This document shows, one piece after another, positions 10,418-20,706 of a DNA stretch of 64,000 nucleotides. Under the pieces are notes generated by a model. That model had not been told where the DNA came from, did no database searches, and was given only the letters and a program-made list of their open reading frames with translations. The stretch covers positions 62,001 through 126,000 of the IMG/VR virus record IMGVR_UViG_3300005613_000002. One strand, written 5' to 3'. The position numbers were made by a program, and so were the translations under genes. The number at the start of each line of letters is the position of its first letter. Position 1 is the stretch's first letter.

Positions 10418-11317
10418 CTAGGTGCTTGGGAAAAAAAAATCTATGCCCACACTTAAATTCGTTTTAAATTTATAACCATCATTAGTCATAAATTCATATG
10501 CCATATCAACATCTGGTTTAACATCCATGATTTTTTTACGAATAGTGTACGCATCTAATGCTGGCATAGCATCAACAAATCTATCAATATATGATCTGTC
10601 ATCTTTTCCATTAATTGAAACAATACTTGCTTTTAGTTTTAACGTACTATATTGACTATAATCTTCACCATATGCTAATTTAATTTCTTCGGCTGATTTA
10701 TATATTTTTGAATCTTCACCATGACTAATTAATCTAATTATAACAGTTTTTTTACGCATTGGTATTTTTACTGAGAAATAACCTCTTTCATCAGGTTTTT
10801 CTTCAACTATTTTATATCTAAGTTTTAATAAATCTACTTTTGAATTAAATGGGATACCTGTTCTTGGGTCAACAACTTCTACAGAATAATCTGAACCATA
10901 ACTAGATGTACGTAAAAATAATAAAAGTGCATTTCTATCACCTTCTAATAAATCTTCAACTATAATTCCTTGAGATTTAATTTTTCTTTTTAATAACACA
11001 TCTAAAACAGTACCATTTTCGATTAATGATGGAGTTGTTAATAAATCTTCATCTTTAGATGTCATATATTCGATATTAACTTCAGAAACACCATTTGGGT
11101 AGTATAAACCATTTGATGGTAATTTAACTATTTCATATGATGTAATTAAATCAGGGTCAGTTTCTTTTGACATAGTTTTTTCATATTCATTAGCATTAAA
11201 GTTTGCTTTTGGAACAGAATCACCAACAACTGGGATATTATCGCCTGATTTATATTTATTTAGTGCATCAGCAATGCTTTCTTTTTTTGGTATATTATCA
11301 ATGTTTTCGTTTCCCAT
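10418..11317 (-). CDS. T4 gp26-like baseplate hub/tail assembly chaperone
   Basis: VKLPSNG, YMTSKDEDLL, GDRNALLLFLR..SYG motifs; C-terminal DFFFP. Confidence 0.75.
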   Translation of the reverse strand: MGNENIDNIPKKESIADALNKYKSGDNIPVVGDSVPKANFNANEYEKTMSKETDPDLITSYEIVKLPSNGLYYPNGVSEVNIEYMTSKDEDLLTTPSLIENGTVLDVLLKRKIKSQGIIVEDLLEGDRNALLLFLRTSSYGSDYSVEVVDPRTGIPFNSKVDLLKLRYKIVEEKPDERGYFSVKIPMRKKTVIIRLISHGEDSKIYKSAEEIKLAYGEDYSQYSTLKLKASIVSINGKDDRSYIDRFVDAMPALDAYTIRKKIMDVKPDVDMAYEFMTNDGYKFKTNLSVGIDFFFPST

Positions 11318-11430
11318 TATTATAGTTTTTTATATTTTATTATTGTTTTTAATAAATACTACAAAAAAAATTATTGAATTAATCAAGATATTTTATTTAA
11401 ATACGTATAAGTTAGTAAATAGTAAATAGT

Positions 11431-11709
11431 ATGAAAAATAATATATTAGTAATTTATGTTGGTGTAGCTGGTATTCGTGCTGAAGATATTCCTGAATATG
11501 TAAATAAGGTAGCAGCTAAAATTACACCAGTAACTTTTGAAGGTGAAATTATTTACATACCAATACAATCAAATGATACTAGAATAGAATGTGTAAATCC
11601 TAAATATATTACTGATATTGAATTGATTAATGAAAATAGAACAAAAATAAAAGAATTAAATGAAGAATTAAAATTTCAAATAAAACAATTAAAATCGAAT
11701 AAGAAATGA
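11431..11709 (+). CDS. Hypothetical protein
   Basis: 92-aa ORF overlapping the start of the next gene. Confidence 0.7.
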   Translation: MKNNILVIYVGVAGIRAEDIPEYVNKVAAKITPVTFEGEIIYIPIQSNDTRIECVNPKYITDIELINENRTKIKELNEELKFQIKQLKSNKK

Positions 11710-12443
11710 GTAAAAAAATAAAGGTTGGTATAGATATAAATGAAATTTTTAGAGCAAGATGGCTTCAATTTGATAGATTTTATGCACAGGAATTTGGTGA
11801 AGATGGTGTTCCTGATACACAACCATATGTGTATGATTTATTTAATAGTTATAAATTTGAAGACACAACTGAAACAATTAAGGAATTAAAAGAACCTGAA
11901 GATTTTCCTGAAAATATTAATCCAATTGATTATGAACTTAATGAAGAAGGTGAAGCACCAGCAGATGCTTTTTTATTTAAAAAACCTGAAGTTAATAAAT
12001 TAACTGCAAAAGAAGTTTATAATAGATTTATGTATGAAGATTTCCTTTTTGAACTTCATGCAAGTGCACCAATAATGTACAAGGGTATGGATTTACATGT
12101 TAATAATTTTTTAGAAAAATATAAAGACTCATGTGAATTTATTATTTATTCTGTTGAAAATAAATTCAGTATTCCACCAACATTATTCTTTTTAAGTAAA
12201 ATGTCATGTAGATTCAAAAATATTAAATTTATCGATAAATCTGTTGATGCTTTAAATGATGTTGATGTGTTAATTACTACTGACCCAGAAATATTATCAT
12301 TAGGTGTTCCTTGGGGTATGAAAATAATTAAAATGAGTAGACCATATAATAAAAAATTAAAATCAAATTCTATGGAAGCATTACAAATAGCTGATTTAAT
12401 TGATAATTTAGAATTTGAAAAAATAATTAAATACAAAAAATAA
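11706..12443 (+). CDS. HAD-superfamily 5'-nucleotidase-like protein (NT5C-like, degenerate)
   Basis: N-terminal VGIDINEI; DVLITTDP; KMSRPYN C-terminal motif. Confidence 0.55.
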   Translation: MSKKIKVGIDINEIFRARWLQFDRFYAQEFGEDGVPDTQPYVYDLFNSYKFEDTTETIKELKEPEDFPENINPIDYELNEEGEAPADAFLFKKPEVNKLTAKEVYNRFMYEDFLFELHASAPIMYKGMDLHVNNFLEKYKDSCEFIIYSVENKFSIPPTLFFLSKMSCRFKNIKFIDKSVDALNDVDVLITTDPEILSLGVPWGMKIIKMSRPYNKKLKSNSMEALQIADLIDNLEFEKIIKYKK

Positions 12444-12448
12444 TAAAA

Positions 12449-13627
12449 ATGAGTGAAGAATTAAATATAGCAACAAAACAAGCTGATTCTGAAAAAATAG
12501 AAAAAGTTAAATTATCTTTAGATAAAATAAAAAATAAAGAATCTAAATTTTTATTTTGTGTACCAGAATCACAAAGTCCTTCAGCAAGTGTTTATGAAAT
12601 TTATTTTCATGCAACAGTTGTAAAAAATATGGGATATAATGTAACTATTTTGGTTGAAAAAGGTGATTATGTTGCACCAAAATGGATTGAAAAAGAATTA
12701 ACACAGCATGAACATTTATCTTTAACAGACCCCAAATTAATGGTCGGTCCTGAAGACGTGATGATAATCCCTGAGATATATTCAAATGTAATGGAACAAA
12801 CTAAAAATTTACCATGCGTTAGAATTGGATTTTTACAATCAGTGGATTATATGACAAATAGTTTAATTCCCGGGACTGATTGGGCATCATTTGGAATTCA
12901 TGATATTATTACAACATCACAATCGCTTAAAGAACTATTTGAAACATTCTATGGGGAAACTAAATATAAAATTCAAACATATAATATTGGTATTCCTGAT
13001 TATTTTGAAAAATCAGATAAACCTCAAAAGCCAATAATTTCAATTATAGGTAGAAATCCAAATGAAATTTCAAAATTTGTTAAATTATTTTTTAGTAAAT
13101 ATCCACAATATAGTTGGGTTACATTTGACCCAATGTTAACTAAAAGTAAACCACCACAATCAATGCGTAGAGTTGACTTTGCAAAAAGATTGAAAGGAAA
13201 TTTTGCAGCAGTTTGGATTGATAGAATATCATCTTTTGGTACATTTCCATTAGAATGTATGAAATCTGGTGTAGTTCCAATTTGTTTTAAACCAGATATT
13301 ATCCCTGAATATTTAATTGAAAGAGATGAAAAAGGTGTTGCTAAAAAAATGGTTGAAGGTGCTGGTGTATGGACTGATAATTATTATGAATTACCAGTAC
13401 TAATGAATGATGTTTTAGTTAAGTTCCTAGATGATTCAATTTTACCAACACTATATGAATCAATGAATAATGTTGCTTCAAAATATACTCAAGAGGATTC
13501 AGAAAAACAATTAGTTGAAATATATCAAGGTTTTATTAATCAAAGAACTAGTTTGTTTGAACAGGCATTAACTACACCTGCTGAAGAAGTAAATGAAGTA
13601 GAAAAAAATAATAAAAAAGAAAAATAA
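12449..13627 (+). CDS. GT-B fold glycosyltransferase-like protein
   Basis: DVMIIPEIY; SSFGTFPLECMKSG matches the GT-B (E/S)xFGxxPLEAMxxG motif. Confidence 0.7.
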   Translation: MSEELNIATKQADSEKIEKVKLSLDKIKNKESKFLFCVPESQSPSASVYEIYFHATVVKNMGYNVTILVEKGDYVAPKWIEKELTQHEHLSLTDPKLMVGPEDVMIIPEIYSNVMEQTKNLPCVRIGFLQSVDYMTNSLIPGTDWASFGIHDIITTSQSLKELFETFYGETKYKIQTYNIGIPDYFEKSDKPQKPIISIIGRNPNEISKFVKLFFSKYPQYSWVTFDPMLTKSKPPQSMRRVDFAKRLKGNFAAVWIDRISSFGTFPLECMKSGVVPICFKPDIIPEYLIERDEKGVAKKMVEGAGVWTDNYYELPVLMNDVLVKFLDDSILPTLYESMNNVASKYTQEDSEKQLVEIYQGFINQRTSLFEQALTTPAEEVNEVEKNNKKEK

Positions 13628-13634
13628 AGTAACA

Positions 13635-14468
13635 ATGAATATATCAGTAATAATTCCAGTTCATAAATATGATGATAAAATTTCAACATATTTAAATAGT
13701 GTAATTGAATCAATAACAAAAAATGTAGGTGTAACTGAATTACCTCAAGTAATTATTGTTTATCCACCAGATATTGAAAAAGAAATTATAGGATTTAGAG
13801 ATAGTCAAGTCCGAAAATATGGTGATAAATTTTCTGAAGCTAAATATACTTTAGTGAAAAATGAAGATAAAACTGATTATCAATCACAGGTAAATTTAGG
13901 TGTTGAATATGTAAGCACTGATTATTTTTCAGTAATTGAATTTGATGATGAATTTAGTACCACTTATTTTAAAAATGTTGAACAGCATATAAACACATAT
14001 CAAGATGTTGATATTTTCTTATCAATGATAATTGAGGTTAATGATAAAAACGAAGGTATGAAATTAACTAATGAAACCGTATGGGCGCAACAATTTGTTG
14101 GTGAAAATGGTGAAATGGGTTATTTGAATGCAAAATCATTACAACAATATACAGATTTTAAATTATCTGGTGCTGTAATAAAAAAATCAGAATTTGAAAA
14201 TATTGGTAAATATAAATCAAATATAAAACTATCATTTATGTATGAGTTGTTGTTAAGGGCATTAAATAATGCGTGTAAAATATATACGATACCTAAAATC
14301 GGATATAAACATTTAGCAACAAGACCAGATAGTTTATTTGGTGAATATTCTAAATCAATGTCAATGAATGAAAGAAAATTTTGGTTTGATACAGCTAAGA
14401 ATGAGGCTAATTTTATTAATGATAGGGTTATTGATACATCACGTATAACTAAACAAATTGTTACATAA
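13635..14468 (+). CDS. GT2-like glycosyltransferase
   Basis: ISVIIPVH, QVNLGV, YFSVIEFDD motifs. Confidence 0.7.
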   Translation: MNISVIIPVHKYDDKISTYLNSVIESITKNVGVTELPQVIIVYPPDIEKEIIGFRDSQVRKYGDKFSEAKYTLVKNEDKTDYQSQVNLGVEYVSTDYFSVIEFDDEFSTTYFKNVEQHINTYQDVDIFLSMIIEVNDKNEGMKLTNETVWAQQFVGENGEMGYLNAKSLQQYTDFKLSGAVIKKSEFENIGKYKSNIKLSFMYELLLRALNNACKIYTIPKIGYKHLATRPDSLFGEYSKSMSMNERKFWFDTAKNEANFINDRVIDTSRITKQIVT

Positions 14469-14496
14469 AAATAAGACTATTAATTTTATGTAGATA

Positions 14497-15249
14497 ATGA
14501 AAGAAATTAAAAAAAGTACACCATATTTTGCTGAAAGGGAAGAACAAGCTGTAGCTGATTATATTAATTCAAACTCATTTGAGGAAAAGAATAAAATATA
14601 TAATGAGATACTGATTGAACCCTTTCGCAAAATGATTCAATCCATATTAAGAAGATATCCAATACATATTGGAAACTATGATATGGCAGAAGTAGAATCA
14701 AATGCATTAGCACATTTGATAGACCATATGGTTAAATTTAATCCAGATAAAATCACAAAATCAGGAAAAAAAACCAAGGCTTTTAGCTATTGTCAAACTA
14801 TAATTAGAAACTATTATAAAGACCATAGTAAAAAAAGTTATACTGAAAAGAAAATTAATCTATCTTTTGATGATTATGTTGATGAAATAAATAACAACAA
14901 TGAATTTGCATATGAAATTGAATTAGAATCACAACATCAACTTGAAAAATTGATTAATGAGGTAATATGTGAGATGGAGAAAATGATTGATGGTGAAACA
15001 CCGATGAAGAAAAATGAAATTATTGTTGGTGATGCAATTATTAACATCTTAAAATATTGGCATTTATTATTTTTGGAAGATAGTCCAGATGGGAAATATA
15101 ATAAAAAAGTAACTAATAAATTTCAAAAAAATAAAATATTATTTTATCTTAAAGAACAAACAGGATTAACAACTAAAGAAATTCGTATTGCTATTAAACC
15201 ATTTAAGGAAATTTATTTCTTAAAAAAAGTTAGTTATTTAGAGGAATAA
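14497..15249 (+). CDS. Phage late-transcription sigma factor (T4 gp55-like)
   Basis: PYF..EEQAV.DY N-terminus and KFNP...KAFSYCQTIIRNYY region-2-like motif resembling gp55 proteins. Confidence 0.65.
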   Translation: MKEIKKSTPYFAEREEQAVADYINSNSFEEKNKIYNEILIEPFRKMIQSILRRYPIHIGNYDMAEVESNALAHLIDHMVKFNPDKITKSGKKTKAFSYCQTIIRNYYKDHSKKSYTEKKINLSFDDYVDEINNNNEFAYEIELESQHQLEKLINEVICEMEKMIDGETPMKKNEIIVGDAIINILKYWHLLFLEDSPDGKYNKKVTNKFQKNKILFYLKEQTGLTTKEIRIAIKPFKEIYFLKKVSYLEE

Positions 15250-15309
15250 ATAAACATACAAATAATAAATTCCATCTAACTTGTATTTATATGTACTAAA
15301 ACTATTATA

Positions 15310-15690
15310 ATGGCAAGACCAATAAGAAAAAGAATAAAATTTGATGAAGATAGTGTTGAAAACTTACTTCAAGAAATCTATAATGATAGTCATAACATTA
15401 AAGCAAAAATAACTAGGTTATTTAATAAATGGGAAACTAAAGTTAAAGAAAATGGCGAAATTGCTGCTATTGGTGACCAGATTGTTAAATTAATAGCAGC
15501 AGAAGCAAAAAACCAAGACCAAAAAATCATGTTATTAAAATACTTAAAAGAAGTAGTGTTTGATAAGACTGGTGGAAAAGGTGAAGTAGTGAAGACTGAT
15601 GGTGAACAAACAATCTCTGCTGATAGAAGAAATGAATTATTAAATATAGTTCAAGAAGAAATCGAGAAAAAAGAGAAAGTATCTAAATAA
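15310..15690 (+). CDS. Hypothetical late protein
   Basis: Helical 126-aa ORF; late motif GTATTTATA at 15283. Confidence 0.75.
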   Translation: MARPIRKRIKFDEDSVENLLQEIYNDSHNIKAKITRLFNKWETKVKENGEIAAIGDQIVKLIAAEAKNQDQKIMLLKYLKEVVFDKTGGKGEVVKTDGEQTISADRRNELLNIVQEEIEKKEKVSK

Positions 15691-17021
15691 TGAGTTTATC
15701 TGACGACAAAAGAAATGTTTTTACTACTATTGGTGCTTATACCTCTTTTATGAAGCAGGAGAAGCCACCAAAAAGGGGTGAGATATATCCATCAATTAAC
15801 AATAAAAATGATGTAGTTCCATTTCTATTAGATACATTAAAAACAATTGCAGGTAGTGAAGCATTAAAAGGTTTAATTGGAGGAATGTTTACTGAATTAA
15901 TTGATGATTCAGAAGCAAAGATGAAGACTGTCTTAAAAAAACAATTCATTCAACCAAATTCAGATGACCAAATTCCTGCTGATTTTAATAATAATGGTAT
16001 TGATGTACCTGTAAAAGATATTGATGTTACAGGTAAATTAAAAATAAATCCCAATTCGGATAGTGGAAAGATGTTGTTTGATAATAATAAACCAAATTTT
16101 GATAAAACAGCATATGATGCAATATTAAATAATGGTACTACACAATCTTTTGCTGGTATAGATATTAATTATAGTGATACTACTGATAGTTTTAATTTTA
16201 AACCAACTGATGGAAGTGTTAATATTGGTCAATATTTTACTGATTATATTGATAATACTGAAATAGTTAATAAAGATGAATTATTAACAACTGTAATGGA
16301 TAAAATTTATGGTACATTATCAAGTGAAAATAATAAAACACCTGATGAAGTATTACAAGAATTAGAAATCGATAAATTATTAAATCAAGCACTAGATGCT
16401 GATGATTCTTTCGAAATTAGTCCAGCAGATTTTGATGAACTAATAAATACTTCAGAACAAATATCAAATGGTGCTGTAGAATATGATATGGGTTGTGGTT
16501 TATTATCATCATCACTATCATTTGATTCATTAAAGGATTTATTAAATAATTTTTCAGGGTCAACAGACCCATTTTATATTGGTAATATAATTGAAGATAC
16601 TATTGTTCAAAGTTCAAGTGGTGATACAACTACTGAAGAAACAACAGAAGAAAATAATGCAACAATAAAAGATGGTTTTTTTCAAAAATTAATTAAATTA
16701 TTCACAACTAAATTATTATTTTTTTTAACGGCATCACCACAAATTAGAACACTATTAGCTATTTTAAGTTCGTTTCAAAATAATGGTACTGTTATGATTG
16801 AATCAGCTAAAAATGATTTAAAAAAATTTAAAACATTTATTCTTTGTTTAGCTAAAGAAATATTAAAAATGGTGAGTGAATTTATTTTCATGTTAGCAAT
16901 TGGATTGTTGATTGAATTATTAACACCAGTAATAAAAAAAATAGTAAAAGAAAAGGTTAATCAATTTGTTAAAATAATAAAAAGTTTAACTCCAGCGAGT
17001 AAAATTATTGATACAACATAA
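15690..17021 (+). CDS. Hypothetical (probably virion-associated) protein
   Basis: 443-aa ORF in the late operon preceding the gp5-like gene. Confidence 0.7.
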   Translation: MSLSDDKRNVFTTIGAYTSFMKQEKPPKRGEIYPSINNKNDVVPFLLDTLKTIAGSEALKGLIGGMFTELIDDSEAKMKTVLKKQFIQPNSDDQIPADFNNNGIDVPVKDIDVTGKLKINPNSDSGKMLFDNNKPNFDKTAYDAILNNGTTQSFAGIDINYSDTTDSFNFKPTDGSVNIGQYFTDYIDNTEIVNKDELLTTVMDKIYGTLSSENNKTPDEVLQELEIDKLLNQALDADDSFEISPADFDELINTSEQISNGAVEYDMGCGLLSSSLSFDSLKDLLNNFSGSTDPFYIGNIIEDTIVQSSSGDTTTEETTEENNATIKDGFFQKLIKLFTTKLLFFLTASPQIRTLLAILSSFQNNGTVMIESAKNDLKKFKTFILCLAKEILKMVSEFIFMLAIGLLIELLTPVIKKIVKEKVNQFVKIIKSLTPASKIIDTT

Positions 17022-17022
17022 T

Positions 17023-17430
17023 ATGGCAATGGATTTTAGTAATATAGATGATATAGTTGGTGGATTTACAAAAGTATTAAGTCTTTCCTCAGTAGGAGGT
17101 CCGCCACCAGTACCAACACCATTAATATTAATTGGTGTACCTTTACGTACTGGTTTATCACCAACTAAAATTGCGTCAAGAATTATCGCAAGAAAAAGTG
17201 AAGCTGGATTACCTGTTGGAGTTTTACCATCGGGTAATGTTAATCCAGATGAAATAATGGAACGAATTAGAGTTGAGGAAATTATTAATGCGTTTCAACA
17301 AGAAGCTATTATAACGGTGGCTATACCTCCCGGGATTACTCTCACAGCAGCAGGTATTTCACCAACAGGACCTGTATCAGTTTTTGGGTCAACTGTAATA
17401 TATTCAAAAGGTTATGGAGTAATACAATAA
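17023..17430 (+). CDS. Hypothetical baseplate-associated protein (possible spike tip)
   Basis: P/G-rich beta-type C-terminus; two genes upstream of the gp5-like spike. Confidence 0.5.
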   Translation: MAMDFSNIDDIVGGFTKVLSLSSVGGPPPVPTPLILIGVPLRTGLSPTKIASRIIARKSEAGLPVGVLPSGNVNPDEIMERIRVEEIINAFQQEAIITVAIPPGITLTAAGISPTGPVSVFGSTVIYSKGYGVIQ

Positions 17431-17636
17431 TGAAAGATTTAAAAAAATATACACCAACAGAATTATTAAAAATGATTAACGAAACTAAAGATAATCATAA
17501 TAATTTAAAAGAAGAAATAGTAAGTGATACATACAAAATGGATGAACTTGAAAAAAATATTAATTCAAAACTTGATATTTTAGATAAATATGAAAAAGAT
17601 TATATTACATTATTAGAAGAAATAAATAGTAGATAA
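17430..17636 (+). CDS. Small coiled-coil hypothetical protein
   Basis: 68 aa; TAATG coupling on both sides. Confidence 0.7.
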   Translation: MKDLKKYTPTELLKMINETKDNHNNLKEEIVSDTYKMDELEKNINSKLDILDKYEKDYITLLEEINSR

Positions 17637-18526
17637 TGGCATTTGATAAACATGAAATACATACATCAAATTCTTATAAAAAAGAAGGAAGTATACATAA
17701 AATCACCAGAACAATATATTATGGTGAGGTAATTTCTATTGATGACCCAACTGAGGGTGGTAGGATTAAGGTAAGAATTCTAAGTTTTGATAATAAAACA
17801 GCAAATGCTGATTTACCTTGGTGTTACCCTATGTTACCTAAATTTTTCCATATATATCCACAAATTGGTGAAATGGTTCGAATTTTCATTGAAGATATTA
17901 AATATCCTGAAATGAGTAGATTTTGGCAAGGTAGTGTTATATCACAACCACAAAAAATTGGATTTGATTCAGTATATACGGCATTATCAACAACTAATTA
18001 TCCATCAACTAATCCTGAACCAGCACCATCAACTAATCCTGATGCTATTGGTGTTTTTCCTAGAAAAGATGATGTTGCACTTATTGGTAAAGTTAATACA
18101 GATGTAATTTTAAGGACAAATGAAGTACATATACGTGCTGGTAAACATGAAAACGGTGATATTTTAAAATTAAATACAAAAAATCCTGCTCAAATTACTA
18201 TGGTCTTCGAAAGTGTTGAAGATAAGGATGAATATCAAAGCAGTACAATTATAACTAGTGATAAAATAGCATTATTATCACATACAGGTAATCCACAATT
18301 TAAATCAACAAAATTAGAAGCTAAAGATAGAGAAAGAATTTTCAATGAGGGTCATTCATTAGCCAGAGGTGATGTTTTAGTTGAAGCATTAGTGATAATA
18401 CGGAATGCATTGATTAACCATATTCATGGATATTCTGGTGTTGCTGCTGATAAAACAGCAATAATTAATGATTTAGAAAAAATTGATCTTACTTCAATAC
18501 TTCAAGAAAATATTGTTATTAATTAA
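17636..18526 (+). CDS. Baseplate central spike, gp5/gpV-like OB-fold, no lysozyme domain
   Basis: YYGEVISIDDP..GRIKVRI..LPWCYP..P.IGE.V OB-fold; C-terminal NHIH metal-binding motif. Confidence 0.8.
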   Translation: MAFDKHEIHTSNSYKKEGSIHKITRTIYYGEVISIDDPTEGGRIKVRILSFDNKTANADLPWCYPMLPKFFHIYPQIGEMVRIFIEDIKYPEMSRFWQGSVISQPQKIGFDSVYTALSTTNYPSTNPEPAPSTNPDAIGVFPRKDDVALIGKVNTDVILRTNEVHIRAGKHENGDILKLNTKNPAQITMVFESVEDKDEYQSSTIITSDKIALLSHTGNPQFKSTKLEAKDRERIFNEGHSLARGDVLVEALVIIRNALINHIHGYSGVAADKTAIINDLEKIDLTSILQENIVIN

Positions 18527-18547
18527 AATTTGAGTATTTTTGTTTTA

Positions 18548-19339
18548 ATGGATATTCAATTAGAAATACCAACCGAGTTATTTACGTCATTTAACGAGGT
18601 TAAATATTATGATGAACCACATAAATATTATGTAGGTAATAAAGAATTGGTTTCAGTTACAACACTTCTACATAAATATCAAGAAGAATTTGATGAAGAC
18701 TATTGGTCTGAATATAAAAGTAACCAATTTGGGATAAAAAAGCACCACGTTTTAAGAGCATGGGACTTTATTAATAAAAAAGGTACAATTAAAGGTTCAG
18801 CAATTCATGATTATACTGAAAATTTATTCATTAATAAAAAATTTGAATACCCAAGACAAAAAATATTTAATGAATTTGGTTTTGACCCTGTTACTATTGA
18901 ATATGAAATAACAAAGAAACATGTTGATAAATTTTATTCTGATTCGTATGGTAAATTAATTCCAATTAAAACTGAATTAGTTGTTTATGATAAAATTGCA
19001 CTTATTGGTGGAATGGTTGATATGTTATTTTATAATGTAAGAGCTGGTGAGTTTCAAATTTTTGACTGGAAAACAAATAAGAATTTTACAAATTCAACTA
19101 ATAGAAGATTAAAAAATAATTTATATGTTTTAAATGATTCTGATTTAACAATATATTCATTACAATTAGGATTATATAAATATATAATTGAAAAATATAC
19201 ATCAATTAAATTAGGAAAATCATATTTAGTATGGTTTTCACATAATAATCCAACATATAAAATAATTGAAACTAAAGATTTAACATATTTTGTTGATATT
19301 GTAATACAAAATAGAATTAATGAAATTAAAGTAGTTTAA
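18548..19339 (+). CDS. PD-(D/E)XK exonuclease (RecB/Cas4-like)
   Basis: SVTT, GSAIH, E..V, GMVD, IFDWKTNK and YSLQLGLY motifs; host-type promoter TTG-N19-TATTTTTG at 18513-18542. Confidence 0.8.
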   Translation: MDIQLEIPTELFTSFNEVKYYDEPHKYYVGNKELVSVTTLLHKYQEEFDEDYWSEYKSNQFGIKKHHVLRAWDFINKKGTIKGSAIHDYTENLFINKKFEYPRQKIFNEFGFDPVTIEYEITKKHVDKFYSDSYGKLIPIKTELVVYDKIALIGGMVDMLFYNVRAGEFQIFDWKTNKNFTNSTNRRLKNNLYVLNDSDLTIYSLQLGLYKYIIEKYTSIKLGKSYLVWFSHNNPTYKIIETKDLTYFVDIVIQNRINEIKVV

Positions 19340-20012
19340 ATTTTTCACGTTTACGACTTAAAGAAATATTAATTGAATCATTATATAAATATTTATGAAA
19401 TGTATTTAAATCTTTTTTATTTGTTATTCTTATTTGTGATGAAAACCCACCTCTACTAGTTATTATTCTTTCTTTATATTTATTAATTCCAATTTCATTA
19501 AATAATTTAATAATAAAATACCAATCTTGTTCTTTATGTCCAGTAAATGCTATTGAATGATGTCCTTTAGGAATTATTGTAACAGAACCATCACCATCAA
19601 AAAAACCTCTAAACCATAATTGCTTTTCAATATTATTTAATTTTGATAATATCTTATCTGGTGATTTTATTTTATTTCTATAATTATTTTCAATTAAAAA
19701 CTCCCCTAATTCTCTATTTGAAGTCCAATTTACTTCAAGAATATTATTTTTTTTAGTAAATGACCCTTGATTTCTTGTCTCATAAATTCCCCAATCACCA
19801 GTGTTAAGAAAAATTTTTCTAAAAAAAATATTATCTTCTTTTTTTGTTGAATGTTTAATTTGTGGTGTTTTTGCTTTATTATTAGCAAAAATGACACTAC
19901 CATCTGCCCATAATAACCCAAGTAAATATGCGTGTGATAATGTTTCCACATTAATAAAGTCAATTGCTGATACTTTTTTTATTTTCATTTGAAATTTGTT
20001 TACGATTCCCAT
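19326..20012 (-). mobile_element. Free-standing double-motif LAGLIDADG homing endonuclease
   Basis: AYLLGLLWADGS and WFRGFFDGDGS motifs; C-terminal LSRKREKF. Confidence 0.85.
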
Positions 20013-20024
20013 TTATATGTTTAA

Positions 20025-20055
20025 TTAAAGCCACATAAAGTGGCTTTGATTTTTT
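20025..20055. terminator. Hairpin/terminator after the tail tube gene
   Basis: TTAAAGCCAC-ATAAA-GTGGCTTTGA. Confidence 0.6.
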
Positions 20056-20072
20056 AATTATTATATTAATAA

Positions 20073-20564
20073 TTAGAGATTTAAAATACATCTCCAAGGT
20101 TGTAATTCAAGAGTTATAGTTGATAATTCATCATTACTATAGTCATTATCACCAAAATCAATTGAAGTTATCATACATTGCTCTAAGAAAAACTTAGCAA
20201 CTTCAATACCTGTTGGGTCTAATTCTTTTAATAAAATATTTTTCTTGTAACCTGCTGCATAACCCATACGTCCTGTAAGTGATTCTGCATGTAAACGAAC
20301 CCACTCCATGAGTTGTTGTGATGTTGAAGGACCGATTGGGTCTAAGAACGTCACACTCATTGATTCCCAAGTATATCTACCAGCTACGTAATTTTGTTCA
20401 TTCATAAATGGTATTGGGACAGAGTTTATTTTCATTGTAGGTCTTTTAAATTTTTGAACCTTCCAAACTTCAATTCCTAATTCATCAGCAAATTCAGCGA
20501 AAAATCGGTTTATTCTTTTTGGTTCATATTCGAATGGGATACCCCTTATCATTTCTCCTGCCAT
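20073..20564 (-). CDS. gp19: Tail tube protein
   Basis: EPKRINRF, YVAGRYTW, GYAAGYKK and LDPTG motifs; directly follows the sheath gene. Confidence 0.9.
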   Translation of the reverse strand: MAGEMIRGIPFEYEPKRINRFFAEFADELGIEVWKVQKFKRPTMKINSVPIPFMNEQNYVAGRYTWESMSVTFLDPIGPSTSQQLMEWVRLHAESLTGRMGYAAGYKKNILLKELDPTGIEVAKFFLEQCMITSIDFGDNDYSNDELSTITLELQPWRCILNL

Positions 20565-20655
20565 AATATATCGTTTTAATTGTGTTTTATTTTAATATAA
20601 ATACTATGTGTATCGAAAAACATTTTAATAATTATATCAATAACCATTAAATAAT

Positions 20656-20685
20656 AAAAAAGAGCAACTAATGCTGCTCTTTTTT
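20656..20685 (-). terminator. Intrinsic terminator after the sheath gene
   Basis: AAAAAAGAGCA-N8-TGCTCTTTTTT. Confidence 0.7.
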
Positions 20686-20706
20686 ATATTAATCAATTTG
20701 GTGTAA

